Positions 52,893-53,610 of a stretch of DNA of 53,610 nt are shown here, in pieces (the first letter of the stretch is position 1; the number at the start of each line of letters is the position of its first letter). The DNA comes from Snowella sp. (GTDB taxonomy: Bacteria > Cyanobacteriota > Cyanobacteriia > Cyanobacteriales > Microcystaceae): assembly GCA_035285545.1 (NCBI GenBank), contig JAYKGY010000062.1, positions 1 to 53,610 on the forward strand, read 5' to 3'. The translations under genes and the position numbers were made by a program. The notes beneath the pieces are model-generated. The model made no database searches. It saw only the letters and a list, made by a program, of their open reading frames with translations, and was not told the DNA's origin.

Positions 52893-53019
52893 TTGAGTCT
52901 AGTAAACATTAGTCTGCTAAGTTCTGTGTTTGAAAAAAATTAAGTGTAGCGAAAATTAGAGTTAATTAGCATAAACTAAAAATAGAATCGGTTAATCTAT
53001 ACGAATAATCTGTCAGTCC

Positions 53020-53173
53020 TTTCTCCCCAAGCATGGCATCTTGCGATCGCTGGAATATGGGCGACAAAGGTTCCATTGTCATCAGGACGCAGAATAATTT
53101 TGCTGGAGTTAATGAAGGGATCGAAGTTATAATTTTTGAAAATGGCAATTGGGAGTTTCACGAAAATGAGTAA
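53020..53173 (+). pseudogene. Degraded DUF6888-like partner gene
   Basis: C-terminus FAGVNEGIEVIIFENGNWEF overlapping the start of the next gene. Confidence 0.4.
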
Positions 53174-53360
53174 ACCTAATTTTTCGCAGTTAACTCGTCA
53201 AGAATTGAAAAGTTATATTCGTCAGCATCCCACTGATGATGAAGCGATTCGAGAGTTATTTGTTAATCGTCGTTCACCTGATGCGAAAGTTTTCCCACCG
53301 CCTTCTGAGATGACAAAGGAAGAGTTGGACAATGTTTTTAAGCAAAAGATGTCTAGTTAA
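53166..53360 (+). CDS. DUF6887-like small protein
   Basis: MSKPNFSQLTRQELKSYIRQHPTDDEAIRE; ATG at 53166. Confidence 0.7.
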   Translation: MSKPNFSQLTRQELKSYIRQHPTDDEAIRELFVNRRSPDAKVFPPPSEMTKEELDNVFKQKMSS

Positions 53361-53610
53361 CGGCTGAGAAGGAGGCATTCTATTTTTTAAAAGGGATGTT
53401 ACATCTCATTAAGGCATCCTATCTATATCTAAGTTTGATGCGATCGCTTGTCAGTAACGAAACCGATAAAAGCTGCGATCATACTGATTATTTAGCTGAT
53501 GAGGTAAACAAATGTTAGATTTTCACCTATCTGTTCAACCTAAAACTGAACAAAAGTTAAAAATTATTTTAGATTCTATAGAAGATGAAGAAAATTTTGC
53601 CCAGAGTATT

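Overview
Cyanobacterial chromosomal segment: the HIP1 octamer GCGATCGC is very frequent, and psb28, psaE, pcyA, cikA and ftrV are present. The backbone is mostly housekeeping genes (ycf46, hemA, devBCA-type ABC exporter, cobN, mutM, rpsN, mutL, cofH, gloB, pyrF, rph, gltB) plus tRNA-Leu(UAA) and tRNA-Lys(UUU). It is interrupted by three accessory patches whose core genes show no HIP1 sites on reading. (1) A SinI-like type II restriction-modification pair adjoining a decayed hicAB locus (about 2.7-5.3 kb). (2) A region just downstream of tRNA-Lys (about 28.1-32.5 kb) holding a very AT-rich three-gene cassette that looks like a minimal linaridin-type RiPP system: a precursor with a ...PK|ATP... 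motif, a CypL/LinL-like protein and a CypH-N/LinG-like HTTM membrane protein. It is surrounded by toxin-antitoxin debris, a 91-bp MITE and a duplication that ends inside a HIP1 site. (3) A DUF262 + HEPN two-gene candidate defence module downstream of gltB, followed by more toxin-antitoxin remnants. The linaridin-like cassette is the most promising candidate for an undescribed system. All family assignments come from motif recognition by eye, not from database searches.
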